This document shows positions 1-9,548 of a stretch of 64,000 nucleotides of DNA, one piece after another; position 1 is the stretch's first letter; every line of letters starts with the position of its first letter. The DNA comes from Pontiella sp. (lineage in GTDB: Bacteria; Verrucomicrobiota; Kiritimatiellia; Kiritimatiellales; Pontiellaceae), in the NCBI GenBank assembly GCA_050290185.1, contig JBNKHE010000005.1:64001-128000 (forward strand), read 5' to 3'. Below the pieces are notes generated by a model. The model ran no database searches, was not told where the DNA came from, and saw nothing but the letters and a program-made list of their open reading frames with translations. A program made the position numbers and the translations under genes.

Positions 1-1
1 T

Positions 2-319
2 TATTGGATTTTTCCAAAGGGCTGGCACGAGGAGGATCTTGGCAAGCAGGGAACCGCCGAGCTGGAGGCCTACGAAGAGGCCGGCGTTAAGGGGAAGATC
101 TTCAATAAGAACGTCTATCGCACCAAAGTCGTCATCAAAAGTGGCGAGCGGGTGCATTTAACACTCTACGCTTTGGAGGTGAAAAAACTGCTCAATGAGT
201 GGCCCGAAGAAGATCGCCGGAAACGGAAGGTGGTTCCGGTTGCCGAAGCCATAAAGATCATCAGCTCCGATTCGTTGCGTTCGTGCCTTCAGCATTTTGA
301 ACGGGACTTTCTTGCTTAG
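2..319 (+). CDS. NUDIX hydrolase, 5'-truncated by window edge
   Basis: Frame 2 reads YWIFPKGWHEEDLGKQGTAELEAYEEAGVKG...NEWPEEDRRKR, a Nudix-box-like motif; TAG at 317-319. Not in the ORF track. Confidence 0.8.
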   Translation, partial: YWIFPKGWHEEDLGKQGTAELEAYEEAGVKGKIFNKNVYRTKVVIKSGERVHLTLYALEVKKLLNEWPEEDRRKRKVVPVAEAIKIISSDSLRSCLQHFERDFLA

Positions 320-359
320 TCCTGTTTGATCAACGTTGGTTATCTGGAATTAATCCTGC

Positions 360-1100
360 TTGTTGGGAGGCCGTGTTCCCCGTATTATCCATCTATTGGA
401 AAGAGAGGCTGGTTTGAGATTGTATTTCAAGTTTTTCACATTCGTTTGCCTTTGCGCCATGACCGCGAATTTCGCTGTGGCTGATCAACAGGTACTGAAG
501 GCGTCTAAGGACCTGTTTGCCCGGAGCAATAGCCGAAACAGAAACAGCGGAGGCAGCGAAACCCTGCTGGTGGCTCATGCTTCCAATATCCGCTCGCTCA
601 TTGCGTTCGACCTCTCCGGCGTTACCAACCAGATTGCCGAAGCCACGTTTCGTTTTCAGCAGCAAAACAACATGCGGGATGCGATTGATTTGACCGTCGC
701 GCCGTTGGTCCAGACAGAACACAATAGTGCGTGGAGAGAAGGTTCGGGTGCCTTGGGAACTAAAGGTCAAAATGCCAGGCCCGGCGATGCATGCTATGGG
801 TGGAGTGCTTTTCCCAATGTGCCGTGGGAAACCATGTCTGGTGATGCCGTGACGGCGCTGAGCGATTCACGGCTCTGGGGTGCTCCGGTTGCATCGCTGG
901 ACAATCTCGAATGGAAAGAGAACAACTGGGTTGAAATCAAAATCAGCAACATATCGTTGCTTGAGAAAATCCGGGAGTCGGAGCATCAGACGGTTACCTT
1001 CGGATTGTGGGGGACATCGGGAAACGGCCTCTATGCCATCAGTTCGAAGGAGTCGGGGAATGCACCTGAACTGATTCTCACGCTTAAGGGTAAACGGTGA
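360..1100 (+). CDS. Secreted protein, DNRLRE/CBM96-like domain; true start probably downstream (~420)
   Basis: Hydrophobic signal-like segment ending AVA-D; RSLIAFDLS...EATFRF and C-terminal SSKE...PELIL motifs. Confidence 0.55.
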   Translation: MLGGRVPRIIHLLEREAGLRLYFKFFTFVCLCAMTANFAVADQQVLKASKDLFARSNSRNRNSGGSETLLVAHASNIRSLIAFDLSGVTNQIAEATFRFQQQNNMRDAIDLTVAPLVQTEHNSAWREGSGALGTKGQNARPGDACYGWSAFPNVPWETMSGDAVTALSDSRLWGAPVASLDNLEWKENNWVEIKISNISLLEKIRESEHQTVTFGLWGTSGNGLYAISSKESGNAPELILTLKGKR

Positions 1101-1328
1101 ACAGGTTGGGAATACGTCACGCGGAGAATGGTTCTGTTGACGGAGCACGACTTGTGCCTGAAGGTCGTAAAATCTATTTCCAGAATTAATATTCTGGAGG
1201 TTTTCTCGATGAAGCGATCATGCACAACGATCCGTAAAAGAATTTCCACCGGATATATTGCGGCAAGGTCACTCGGGGTTTGCGTGCCGCATAGAGGCCT
1301 GCGAGCTCAATTGGAGAGGGGACCTAGC

Positions 1329-2204
1329 TTAATACTCGCGTCTCATCAGAAATTGTGCGATTGCACTCAATGCCGTTGTGTCGCACGTAAGCATGTCGAT
1401 GGCGGCGACGGCTTCATCGGTCAAAACCCTGACTTTTTGACGGGCTGCGTCCATGCCGTGAACCGCCTGGTAGGTCATTTTTTGGTGTTCGATATCTGCC
1501 CCCGCATGCTTGCCTAGAATTTCATCGGTTGAGATTTCGTCGAGGATGTCGTCTTCTATTTGAAAGGCGAGGCCGATTTTCTCGCCAAAAATGCTTATAT
1601 TTTCCAACTCATCGTCCGCCGCTCCTGCTGCAATGGCTCCCATGCAAACAGCGGCGCGGATGAGAATAGCGGTCTTGTTGTAGTGAATGAAATCCACAAG
1701 GTTGGCATTCGGCGTTTTTCCTTCGGCTTCGAGATCCTCAACCTGTCCGGCAATAACGCCCTGCGAACCGGCAGCTTTCGCCAATTCTAACGAAAGTGCG
1801 GGGTTGCCGTGTTCGGCCAAGACCTGGAAGGCGCGAATCATCAGTGCATCGCCGGCGAGCACGGCGTTGGCCTCACCATATTTTACATGGCAGGTAGGCA
1901 TGCCGCGCCGCAGGTCGTCATCATCCATGCAAGGGAGATCGTCATGAATCAATGTGGAGCAATGAAACAGTTCCACAGCGATGGCCGGCATAATGGTTTC
2001 TGTTCCCGGTCTTCCAAACGCTTCGGCCGCTGCGATGCATAGGATTGGACGGATGCGTTTTCCTCCGTTTAGCACGCAGTAGCGCATGGCTTCGTGCAGA
2101 ACCCCGGGGCGTGTGCTCTCCGGAGGAAGGCAATCCTTCAAGGCAAGGTCAACCATCGACTGCCGTTCCTTGAGATAGCGGGAAATATCAAACATTGAAA
2201 TCAT
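1329..2204 (-). CDS. ispA: Farnesyl/geranylgeranyl diphosphate synthase (polyprenyl synthetase)
   Basis: GGKRIRP, LIHDDLPCMDDDDLRRG, GLAFQIEDDILD motifs. Confidence 0.92.
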   Translation of the reverse strand: MISMFDISRYLKERQSMVDLALKDCLPPESTRPGVLHEAMRYCVLNGGKRIRPILCIAAAEAFGRPGTETIMPAIAVELFHCSTLIHDDLPCMDDDDLRRGMPTCHVKYGEANAVLAGDALMIRAFQVLAEHGNPALSLELAKAAGSQGVIAGQVEDLEAEGKTPNANLVDFIHYNKTAILIRAAVCMGAIAAGAADDELENISIFGEKIGLAFQIEDDILDEISTDEILGKHAGADIEHQKMTYQAVHGMDAARQKVRVLTDEAVAAIDMLTCDTTALSAIAQFLMRREY

Positions 2205-2327
2205 CTTTGGTTTTTGTATGAAAAGGGGTAATTCCCCTACATGCGTGCGGTGTGTATAGGGGAATTTTTCTGGATTGAAAACAGGAAAGAATATCCAACT
2301 TTGCGCAGCGCAGGTTTGTGCCGCGGC

Positions 2328-3815
2328 TTATCTTTGCTGTGAAAACAAACCGCCGGTGTAGCCATCGAGCGTGGCGGTGAGTTCATACAGCCGGAGTTGC
2401 TTGAGTGTGGTATCTTCTGTTCCAGGCATCACCAGAGCGATTTCATGTTTCAATCGCAATCGCTCGAAATAGAGCCGGTTGACTTCATCCAGAATATCCA
2501 GACGCAATTGGGTGGTCAGCTTGGTGCGGTTGTCAACGTCGTCTTCGTATGAGTTCCATATCAGGTTGCCCATATCCCATGTCAGGGATACGCCCCAATC
2601 GTTGGGACCTTCAGCATAATAATAGCCTGAACTGGTAAAACTGGATCCGATGGTCTTGTCATAGTCCACGTCAAGTTTGGGGAGAAGGGCCCTGTATTTA
2701 AGCCGTCTTTTCCATGCGCCCGTTTTTTCGGGATCAACCGAGTTGTAGCGCATGGCAGCTTCCTGTACCTCGTGGATGGAAGGCTCTCCTTCCAATATAT
2801 CCGCAAGTCCGTTCCGCGATACCCTGGGGGCTGGATCTGCATCTCCCTGTTTGAACAATCCCTGATCGGTTGCCAAATAGATTTCACCCGAATCCGATAT
2901 GTCCGTCCACCGGATTTTTGATGTAGGAAGGCCACTGAAAAGGGATTGGGATTCGCCGGTAGTGATATCGACTTTGAAAAATCCGGCCTCGCTGCACAGA
3001 TAGAAATGATTCCCGTCCAGCGGGAACTGTGCGAGACACGTGGCCGTGGCATTTCCGGTTCCAACGGTATAGAACTTTTGCCACGTAGTGCCGCGGTCGA
3101 CAGAGAAATAGACCCCGTTGCTGGTGCAGAGCCAAAGCCTCGATGGCGTCATGGTATCGACTCTGATCTGATAGGGGATGGTTCTTTCGGTTCCGGCGCG
3201 CCGCGCAATGAACAGGCGCTTCAAGGTTCCATCCGTGCGATACAGATAAACGCCGCTGTCACAGGCCAGATACAGGTCATTGCCTGAGATTTCCATGGAG
3301 TAGACCGCCTCTTCCCGCAAGGCGGACACAGCCTTCCAGTTCACCTGCATGTCGTCGGTTACATACAACCCTTTGCTTGTTCCGGCAAAAAGAGCGCCTT
3401 TGTGCTGGAGGATAAAATGGAGTTCTTCATCTTCCCCTGTCGTGAAAATTCTCTTGGGCGAAGAAGACTTTTGCACCACATAACCGTTTCGGGATCCAGC
3501 GAGGTAGACCGATTCGACCGAGCCATTCGGGATGAAAATATAATTAATGGTTTCGTTTTTTAGACTGGCCGATTTTACAAAATTGGACCCGGCGTCCATG
3601 CTTAGGTAGAGGGCATTGTCCGAGGCCGCCGCCATGAAATTCGGATGCTCTTTGGATCGTTCAATTTGGCGGACTCTTGAATTTTCGATGCCGAGGACCT
3701 TGTGAAAGGTCCCGTTAGCATGGACCGAAAGAGCAACCGAGACGGTCGCCATGGCGACCGCGCGTAACAGGTTTGATCTATTTTTTCCCAGCCCGGCTGG
3801 CAGAAATACGCTCAT
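2328..3815 (-). CDS. Exported beta-propeller protein with C-terminal outer-membrane-efflux (TolC-like) half repeat
   Basis: Signal-like N-terminus from ATG 3815; repeated L(Y/F)(L/A)(A/G)TxxGL(Y/F) blades and an SxDxGxTW Asp-box; C-terminal LLPKLDVDY...GVSLTWD...EVNRLYF...LDGYTGG. Confidence 0.6.
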   Translation of the reverse strand: MSVFLPAGLGKNRSNLLRAVAMATVSVALSVHANGTFHKVLGIENSRVRQIERSKEHPNFMAAASDNALYLSMDAGSNFVKSASLKNETINYIFIPNGSVESVYLAGSRNGYVVQKSSSPKRIFTTGEDEELHFILQHKGALFAGTSKGLYVTDDMQVNWKAVSALREEAVYSMEISGNDLYLACDSGVYLYRTDGTLKRLFIARRAGTERTIPYQIRVDTMTPSRLWLCTSNGVYFSVDRGTTWQKFYTVGTGNATATCLAQFPLDGNHFYLCSEAGFFKVDITTGESQSLFSGLPTSKIRWTDISDSGEIYLATDQGLFKQGDADPAPRVSRNGLADILEGEPSIHEVQEAAMRYNSVDPEKTGAWKRRLKYRALLPKLDVDYDKTIGSSFTSSGYYYAEGPNDWGVSLTWDMGNLIWNSYEDDVDNRTKLTTQLRLDILDEVNRLYFERLRLKHEIALVMPGTEDTTLKQLRLYELTATLDGYTGGLFSQQR

Positions 3816-4027
3816 GAGACCCCCAACGTGATTGTAAAATTGTAAGTATAACGAAAAACTGAAACATATAATAAGTTCAGGACTGGGAAAAATTTCAAGC
3901 ATTAATGTTAATATATAAATATATCATAGTAAATAAGACTAGATGATCCGGGCATTGGTGGTTTTCATGGGGGATTTAACGGGTGTTCTGCATGGGAATT
4001 TGCGCCCGGCGACTGAGAAACCTGTAC

Positions 4028-4056
4028 TTGACCTAAACAGGCCGGCCCCATAGACT
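4028..4056 (+). promoter_or_regulatory. Sigma70-type promoter upstream of the HAD-like gene
   Basis: TTGACC (4028-4033), 17-nt spacer, TAGACT (4051-4056); AAGGAG RBS before ATG 4102. Confidence 0.55.
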
Positions 4057-4101
4057 ACGCCCTCATTTTTGAAAACAGCTGTTTAAAGGAGCAATCATTA
4101 T

Positions 4102-4803
4102 ATGAGCAACGATGCAAGTACGGAGAAACAAGCCCGCGCAACCCACGCACTGATTTTTGAGCTGGAGTATGTGGCCGCCAAGACGCGCGCTGTGGAATTC
4201 GAGGCGATCAAGAGTGCGGTTTCAAACAAGGGCGTGGAGCTTACCCCGGTCATGTTTTCACGTTCGGGGATGTCGCCGGTGCATCGGACCGCGATTACGA
4301 ATGTGCTGACCCTGGCCGGCAAGAAATCGGACGCGATCGAAAAGGCCGTGAATGAATTGGACAAGACCGTGACCAATTACTGCGAAAATGAAGCAACACT
4401 GGACGCAGGGCTTGAAAAGCTTATCAAGGCAACACAAAAACGCGGTATCCCCGTCATTACTTTCACGGCGCTACCCAAGGATTTGGCTAAAAAACTGATG
4501 TCGAAGCTCGGTCTGGATGCTCTTGGCGTGGAACTCGTGATACCCGATGAGGTCAAGGATTCTTTCCCGCGTGCCGATGATTGGCTTAAGATGCTAAAAC
4601 AGTGCAACAAGGAATTCGTTACTTTGGTTGCCGTAGTATCCTCGCTCGTCGCCTGCAAGGGAGCCCTCACAGCGGGCGCGGCCTGTATTGTGGTGCCTGA
4701 TGAATACACAGCGTTCCAGGATTTTGGCGGCGCGAAGCTTGTTCTCGAATCGTTGGGTGACGAGAAGCCCGATACGATTCTGGATATGACGTTGCGCATG
4801 TAG
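4102..4803 (+). CDS. HAD-superfamily (CbbY/beta-PGM-like) fold protein with degenerate catalytic motifs
   Basis: ALIFELEY at motif I position; C-terminal AGAACIVVPDEYTAFQDFGGAKLVLESL resembles the HAD-IA tail. Confidence 0.65.
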   Translation: MSNDASTEKQARATHALIFELEYVAAKTRAVEFEAIKSAVSNKGVELTPVMFSRSGMSPVHRTAITNVLTLAGKKSDAIEKAVNELDKTVTNYCENEATLDAGLEKLIKATQKRGIPVITFTALPKDLAKKLMSKLGLDALGVELVIPDEVKDSFPRADDWLKMLKQCNKEFVTLVAVVSSLVACKGALTAGAACIVVPDEYTAFQDFGGAKLVLESLGDEKPDTILDMTLRM

Positions 4804-4821
4804 TGCGTGGGTCTCAATGAT

Positions 4822-4849
4822 AAAGCGTCCCGGGCGGGGCGCTTTTTTT
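4822..4849 (+). terminator. Rho-independent terminator-like hairpin between the HAD-like gene and mazG
   Basis: AAAGCGTCCC-GGGC-GGGGCGCTTT followed by a T run. Confidence 0.55.
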
Positions 4850-4872
4850 GTGATTTGAATGGGAGGATTAAA

Positions 4873-5661
4873 ATGGCTAAAGCTGGCGAAGCGATGGAGC
4901 GGTTGCTTGAAGTAATGCGCAGATTGCGTGCACCCGATGGTTGCCCATGGGATCGGGAGCAAACCCACGAAACGCTCAAGTCCGATCTGGTCGAAGAGGC
5001 GTACGAAGTCATTGATGCCATTGAAAGCGGCGAGGTATCCCAGCTCGAAGAAGAATTGGGAGATCTCTTGCTGCAAGTCGTCTTTCATTCTCAAATCAGC
5101 ACAGAGAACGGGCATTTCGAATTTTCTGATGTAGCCGATGCCATTATCGAGAAGCTGGAACGCCGCCATCCTCATGTTTTTGGCAACGTAGAGGTTTCGG
5201 GTTCCGGCGAAGTGCTTCAGAATTGGGATGCCATAAAAAAGGCAGAGAAACAGGGTGATGGGAAACCGGCATCCATTGTATCCGGGATTCCGAAACACCT
5301 GCCGGCGTTGCAAAAGGCCCATCAGATCCAGAAGCGTGCCGCACGGGCGGGTTTTGACTGGGCGCATATCGACGATGTGTTTGCCAAGTTGCACGAAGAG
5401 ATTGATGAACTGAAAGAAGCCATTAGCCGCGAGCACGAACCGGATATCCGGGACGAACTCGGCGATCTTCTTTTCTCCGTGGTCAACGTCAGCCGTTTTC
5501 TAGGGCATAATCCCGAGGAGTTGCTTAACCACAATGTGAAAAAATTTGTCCGGCGATTCGAACGGGTGGAAGATCAGGTGCACGCGACAGGCAAAGGATT
5601 CAAGGAGTTTTCACTCGAAGAGCTGGACGCGTTCTGGGAAGAGGCTAAAAGCGAAGAGTAA
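4873..5661 (+). CDS. mazG: Nucleoside triphosphate pyrophosphohydrolase MazG
   Basis: LRAPDGCPWDREQT, EEAYEV, EELGDLLLQVVFH, RRHPHVF and a second ELGDLLF; GGAGG RBS before ATG 4873. Confidence 0.95.
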   Translation: MAKAGEAMERLLEVMRRLRAPDGCPWDREQTHETLKSDLVEEAYEVIDAIESGEVSQLEEELGDLLLQVVFHSQISTENGHFEFSDVADAIIEKLERRHPHVFGNVEVSGSGEVLQNWDAIKKAEKQGDGKPASIVSGIPKHLPALQKAHQIQKRAARAGFDWAHIDDVFAKLHEEIDELKEAISREHEPDIRDELGDLLFSVVNVSRFLGHNPEELLNHNVKKFVRRFERVEDQVHATGKGFKEFSLEELDAFWEEAKSEE

Positions 5662-5726
5662 TGTCGGATAAGTGACGAGTAACCCGCACATTTTTGAGGA
5701 GAACCATCATCGCCTCACAGCTCCCA

Positions 5727-6431
5727 TCACTGCCTCCAGATTTTCAAGGCACTGATCGCACCAAAAAAACCGGTGGACTGCACCTCCGGTATGTTTTTCA
5801 TGATGGCCGGGATCTGGTGATGATTCCCTAGCCGTATCGGCATGTTTTCCCCGTTAAGAGGAGCATCGAGCGTGACCAATGCCACGCGCTTGCGGTTTAT
5901 GGTCAAATAAGCCATGTCCTGCTTGATTCGCAGTTCTATTGTCGCCAGTTGTTTGCGGCTGTCTGTGATGCCGGTTTGCTGATTTTCCTTGAGCACCATA
6001 GAGCAGTTTCCGGTGCGAACGACCACGTGGGGCGCGCCATTTTTAAGATAGATGGCGTATCCGGTTTCATCGTTGCATTGGGAAAGCACGATGCCATTTC
6101 CTCCCTCTGGATATGAGCCCAGCTGCACCATGACAATCCATTCGCTGCCATCGGGCTGGATCAGGGTGCTGTGCGGAATGTCCAACCCTTCGTCCGGCAG
6201 GAAAACCAGCATGTTTTCGCCGAGCAAGGGTTCAATATTCAGCGGACCTTGAGGCACATGCAACGGATAAAAAGCCTTGTTCGGGATCAGCCCATTGGCA
6301 GCGTGTTGAAAATCCAGATTGAGCATCAGGCCCATCGGATGGCTGATGGGTTTGTTTGCTGCATGGAGCATCGGCTGGGCCGCGAGAAGCGAAGCGACAA
6401 TCAACAGTATTCCTGTTCGGGTTCTATTCAT
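5727..6431 (-). CDS. Secreted LamG/concanavalin A-like domain protein
   Basis: Signal peptide from ATG 6431; beta-rich body with GYAIYLKNG, PIRLG and FFGAISALKIW patterns. Confidence 0.6.
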   Translation of the reverse strand: MNRTRTGILLIVASLLAAQPMLHAANKPISHPMGLMLNLDFQHAANGLIPNKAFYPLHVPQGPLNIEPLLGENMLVFLPDEGLDIPHSTLIQPDGSEWIVMVQLGSYPEGGNGIVLSQCNDETGYAIYLKNGAPHVVVRTGNCSMVLKENQQTGITDSRKQLATIELRIKQDMAYLTINRKRVALVTLDAPLNGENMPIRLGNHHQIPAIMKNIPEVQSTGFFGAISALKIWRQ

Positions 6432-6566
6432 TGCTGCAATATAACAGCGAGCTAGCTCCGATGGAATACGAAAGATTCGATGCATGAGCGCTTGATGAAA
6501 TTGGATCTTCCTTTTCTTTCATCATATACGCATAGTAAATACCGTTTTTTTTCAAAGGAGTTCTGT

Positions 6567-7841
6567 ATGCTTATTAGTATTTTAGGTCTGGGTTATGTGG
6601 GGCTTCCGCTATGCCGTGAATTTGTCCGTGGCGGCGCCGAGGTGCTTGGGTTTGATGTGGATCCTGCTAAAATCGAGGCCATTGAAGCCGGACGGACCTA
6701 TATCGAACATATTCCCGATGAAACCATTGTGGAAATGGTTGGCTCCGGCCGATTTTCGGCTACGTGCGATCTGTCGCGTTTGTCTGAGCCGGATGCTATA
6801 TTGATTGCCGTTCCCACGCCGCTCAACAAGATGCGCGAACCGGACTTGAGCTATGTCGAAAAATCGTGCGAAGCCATTGCCAAACACTTACGCAAGGGGC
6901 AGTTGATCGTACTCGAATCGACCACCTATCCCGGAACGACGCGTGAAGTTATGAAGCCCATTCTGGAGGCTGGCAGTGGGCTGGTGGCTGGAGAAGATTT
7001 CCTGCTCGCCTATTCCCCCGAACGTGAGGATCCCGGTCGTAAGGATTTTTCCACCAAGACCATTCCCAAGGTGGTGGGCGGGCTGGACCGTCAATCACTG
7101 GACAGGGCCGTTGAGGTTTACCAGATCGCGATCGATACGGTGGTGCCGGTGAGCAGCTGTGATGCTGCCGAAGCCTGCAAGATTCTGGAGAACACCTACC
7201 GCGGAGTGAATATTGCGCTCGTCAACGAGCTGAAGATGCTGTTCGACCGCATGGGCATCGATGTGTGGGAAGTGATCGAAGCCGCCAAAACAAAACCATT
7301 TGGTTTTACGGCCTTCTACCCAGGGCCTGGGCTGGGCGGACACTGTATTCCGATCGATCCGTTTTATCTTACCTGGAAGGCCCGAGAGTTCGAGCAACCG
7401 ACCCGCTTCATCGAACTGGCCGGAGAAATCAACACCGCCATGCCGGAATGGGTGGTCAGCAAGGTCATGCATGCGCTGAACGATCACAGGAAATCCCTCA
7501 ACGGTTCAAGGATTCTACTTTTGGGGATGGCCTACAAGCCGGATGTAGATGATGACCGCGAATCTCCGAGCTATAAACTGATGGATCTGCTGACAAAGCG
7601 GGGAGGCGAAGTTGATTACCACGACCCGCATGTGCCGATGATTGGACATAAGCGGGAATACCCGCAGTACACCGGGAAGCAAAGCATTGTCCTAACGGCG
7701 GAGAACATCGCTCGATACGACTGTGTTCTGGTAGCAACCCATCATCGGAATGTTGACTATGCATTGGTGGTGTCAGCGGCGCAACTGATCGTCGATACCC
7801 GCAATATTGTCGGTGCAGCAGACCATGTGGTAAAGGCTTAG
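6567..7841 (+). CDS. Nucleotide sugar dehydrogenase (UDP-GlcNAc 6-dehydrogenase, WbpA/WecC-like)
   Basis: GLGYVGLP, VPTPL, LESTTYPGTT, PGPGLGGHCIPIDPFYL, AYKPDVDDDRESP. Confidence 0.92.
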   Translation: MLISILGLGYVGLPLCREFVRGGAEVLGFDVDPAKIEAIEAGRTYIEHIPDETIVEMVGSGRFSATCDLSRLSEPDAILIAVPTPLNKMREPDLSYVEKSCEAIAKHLRKGQLIVLESTTYPGTTREVMKPILEAGSGLVAGEDFLLAYSPEREDPGRKDFSTKTIPKVVGGLDRQSLDRAVEVYQIAIDTVVPVSSCDAAEACKILENTYRGVNIALVNELKMLFDRMGIDVWEVIEAAKTKPFGFTAFYPGPGLGGHCIPIDPFYLTWKAREFEQPTRFIELAGEINTAMPEWVVSKVMHALNDHRKSLNGSRILLLGMAYKPDVDDDRESPSYKLMDLLTKRGGEVDYHDPHVPMIGHKREYPQYTGKQSIVLTAENIARYDCVLVATHHRNVDYALVVSAAQLIVDTRNIVGAADHVVKA

Positions 7842-8669
7842 ATGCCGGTGGATATGATCATGGACGATGTAAAACAGATTCTTTGTATTAAGTGGGGAAC
7901 CATGTACGGCCCTGAGTATGTCAACTGCCTGCATGGCATGATTTCCCGCAATCTCTCCTCTCCGTTCAAGCTCTATTGCATGACCGACGACCCGGAGGGG
8001 ATCCGACCGGAAGTGGAATGTCTGCCGTTGCCGGAACTGGGATTCGAGGTTCCGCCGGGAGCCCCTGGAAAATGGCCGAAGCAGGCCCTGTGGAACCGCG
8101 AGCTGTTCGGCTTGCGAGGCGTTGCCCTTTTTCTGGATCTCGATTCGGTGATAGTCGATTCCCTTGATCCCTATTTTGAATACGGGGAACAAACGGATGT
8201 AATCACGGCCCGAAACTGGGTCAAGCCGTGGTTGCGCGGTGCCCAGACATCGGTGTTCCGCTTTCCGATTGGCGCTCATCCGTACATGCTGGAGGATCTG
8301 CAGGAAAATCCCGGGCTTTGCGTTAAGTACCAGTTTGAGCAAAACTATGTAACCCATAACCTCAAGGGAGGGGTCAAGCTCTGGCCCAGCGCGTGGACCA
8401 GGCATTTTCGCCGGCACTGCATGGGGCAGTGGCCGATGCGTTACCTCCGACCACCCCGACTCCCTAAGAAATGCCGAATCGTTACGTTTCCGGGAAGTCC
8501 GAAACCGCCTGACGCCATCGATGGTCGCTGGTCGGGAAAACAGATATCGCGAAAACCGATGGAGCAGTTGCGCTGGGCGTTTTCGCAGCCGTCACGCAAG
8601 CAACGCCGTAAAGAGCTGCACCGCTACGTCCAGCCTTGTGCCTGGGTGGGAGAGCACTGGAGGCCCTAG
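7842..8669 (+). CDS. Putative glycosyltransferase (GT-A fold, KWG..YGPEYVN family)
   Basis: ILCIKWGTMYGPEYVN, FLDLD DxD motif, FPGSPKP. Confidence 0.7.
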   Translation: MPVDMIMDDVKQILCIKWGTMYGPEYVNCLHGMISRNLSSPFKLYCMTDDPEGIRPEVECLPLPELGFEVPPGAPGKWPKQALWNRELFGLRGVALFLDLDSVIVDSLDPYFEYGEQTDVITARNWVKPWLRGAQTSVFRFPIGAHPYMLEDLQENPGLCVKYQFEQNYVTHNLKGGVKLWPSAWTRHFRRHCMGQWPMRYLRPPRLPKKCRIVTFPGSPKPPDAIDGRWSGKQISRKPMEQLRWAFSQPSRKQRRKELHRYVQPCAWVGEHWRP

Positions 8670-8694
8670 TGCTTAGAGGGGAAAGATAATTAAG

Positions 8695-9546
8695 ATGGAA
8701 GAGAATAAGACCATGTCTGCGCTGGAATTTGACGATCAAGCTTCTTGGGGAACACACGCTTTAGAGGGGGATTTGAACAAGCGACTGGGGATATGCCAGC
8801 GCGTATCGTATTGGAGCGGATTCGGCCGTGTCGCCTTTTGGTTGCGCCATCCGCTCAAACATAGGCTGACCGGGCCGGTAGATACCGATATCTGGGGCTT
8901 GAAAATGCGGTTGATGCCGCGGGGAAATCTCTCAGAATCGCGCATGCTCTTTCTTCCCGGCTTGTTCGACCGGCGTGAACGGAAGTTCATGAGCAATCGC
9001 CTGAAGCCGGGATCCGTTTTTTTCGATATCGGGGCAAATGCCGGTGCATACAGTTTCTGGGCGTTCAGCTGCCTAAAGACCAACGGCTCCATCTATTCCG
9101 TCGAGCCCGATCCCGAGTTGCAGAAAAGAATCAAATTCAATGCCGCTACAAATGGAGCATCTTCCCTGACGGTGATTCCCGATGCCCTGAGTGACGAGGC
9201 CGGCGAAATGAAACTGGTTTTCGGGAAGGGAAATCGCGGGCAGAATAGTTTGGAGATAAAGAGCGACGAATCAGATGCAATTTCCGTTCGTGTACGCACG
9301 CTCGATACCCTCGTTAAGGATCTGGGGCTATCCAAAATCGATGCCATGAAGATCGATATTGAAGGCCATGAATTCCGGGTCATGAATCACTATTTCTCCA
9401 ATGCCGATAAGGCGCTGTGGCCAAAATGGATTATCTGCGAAACCTGTACGGAGCAACAGGCCGAGGGAATGGGTGACCTGCTTGATTCCGTTGGTTACAA
9501 GCGGGTTTGCAAAGGCAAGATGAACGATATTTTCGAACTTCCCTGA
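8695..9546 (+). CDS. FkbM family methyltransferase
   Basis: FFDIGANAG, VEPDP, MKIDIEGHE. Confidence 0.9.
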   Translation: MEENKTMSALEFDDQASWGTHALEGDLNKRLGICQRVSYWSGFGRVAFWLRHPLKHRLTGPVDTDIWGLKMRLMPRGNLSESRMLFLPGLFDRRERKFMSNRLKPGSVFFDIGANAGAYSFWAFSCLKTNGSIYSVEPDPELQKRIKFNAATNGASSLTVIPDALSDEAGEMKLVFGKGNRGQNSLEIKSDESDAISVRVRTLDTLVKDLGLSKIDAMKIDIEGHEFRVMNHYFSNADKALWPKWIICETCTEQQAEGMGDLLDSVGYKRVCKGKMNDIFELP

Positions 9547-9548
9547 TC

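Noticed and set aside
2230..2266. AATTCCCCTA...TAGGGGAATT inverted repeat upstream of ispA
   Set aside because: Most simply a terminator-like hairpin for the upstream gene; nothing supports a more specific role
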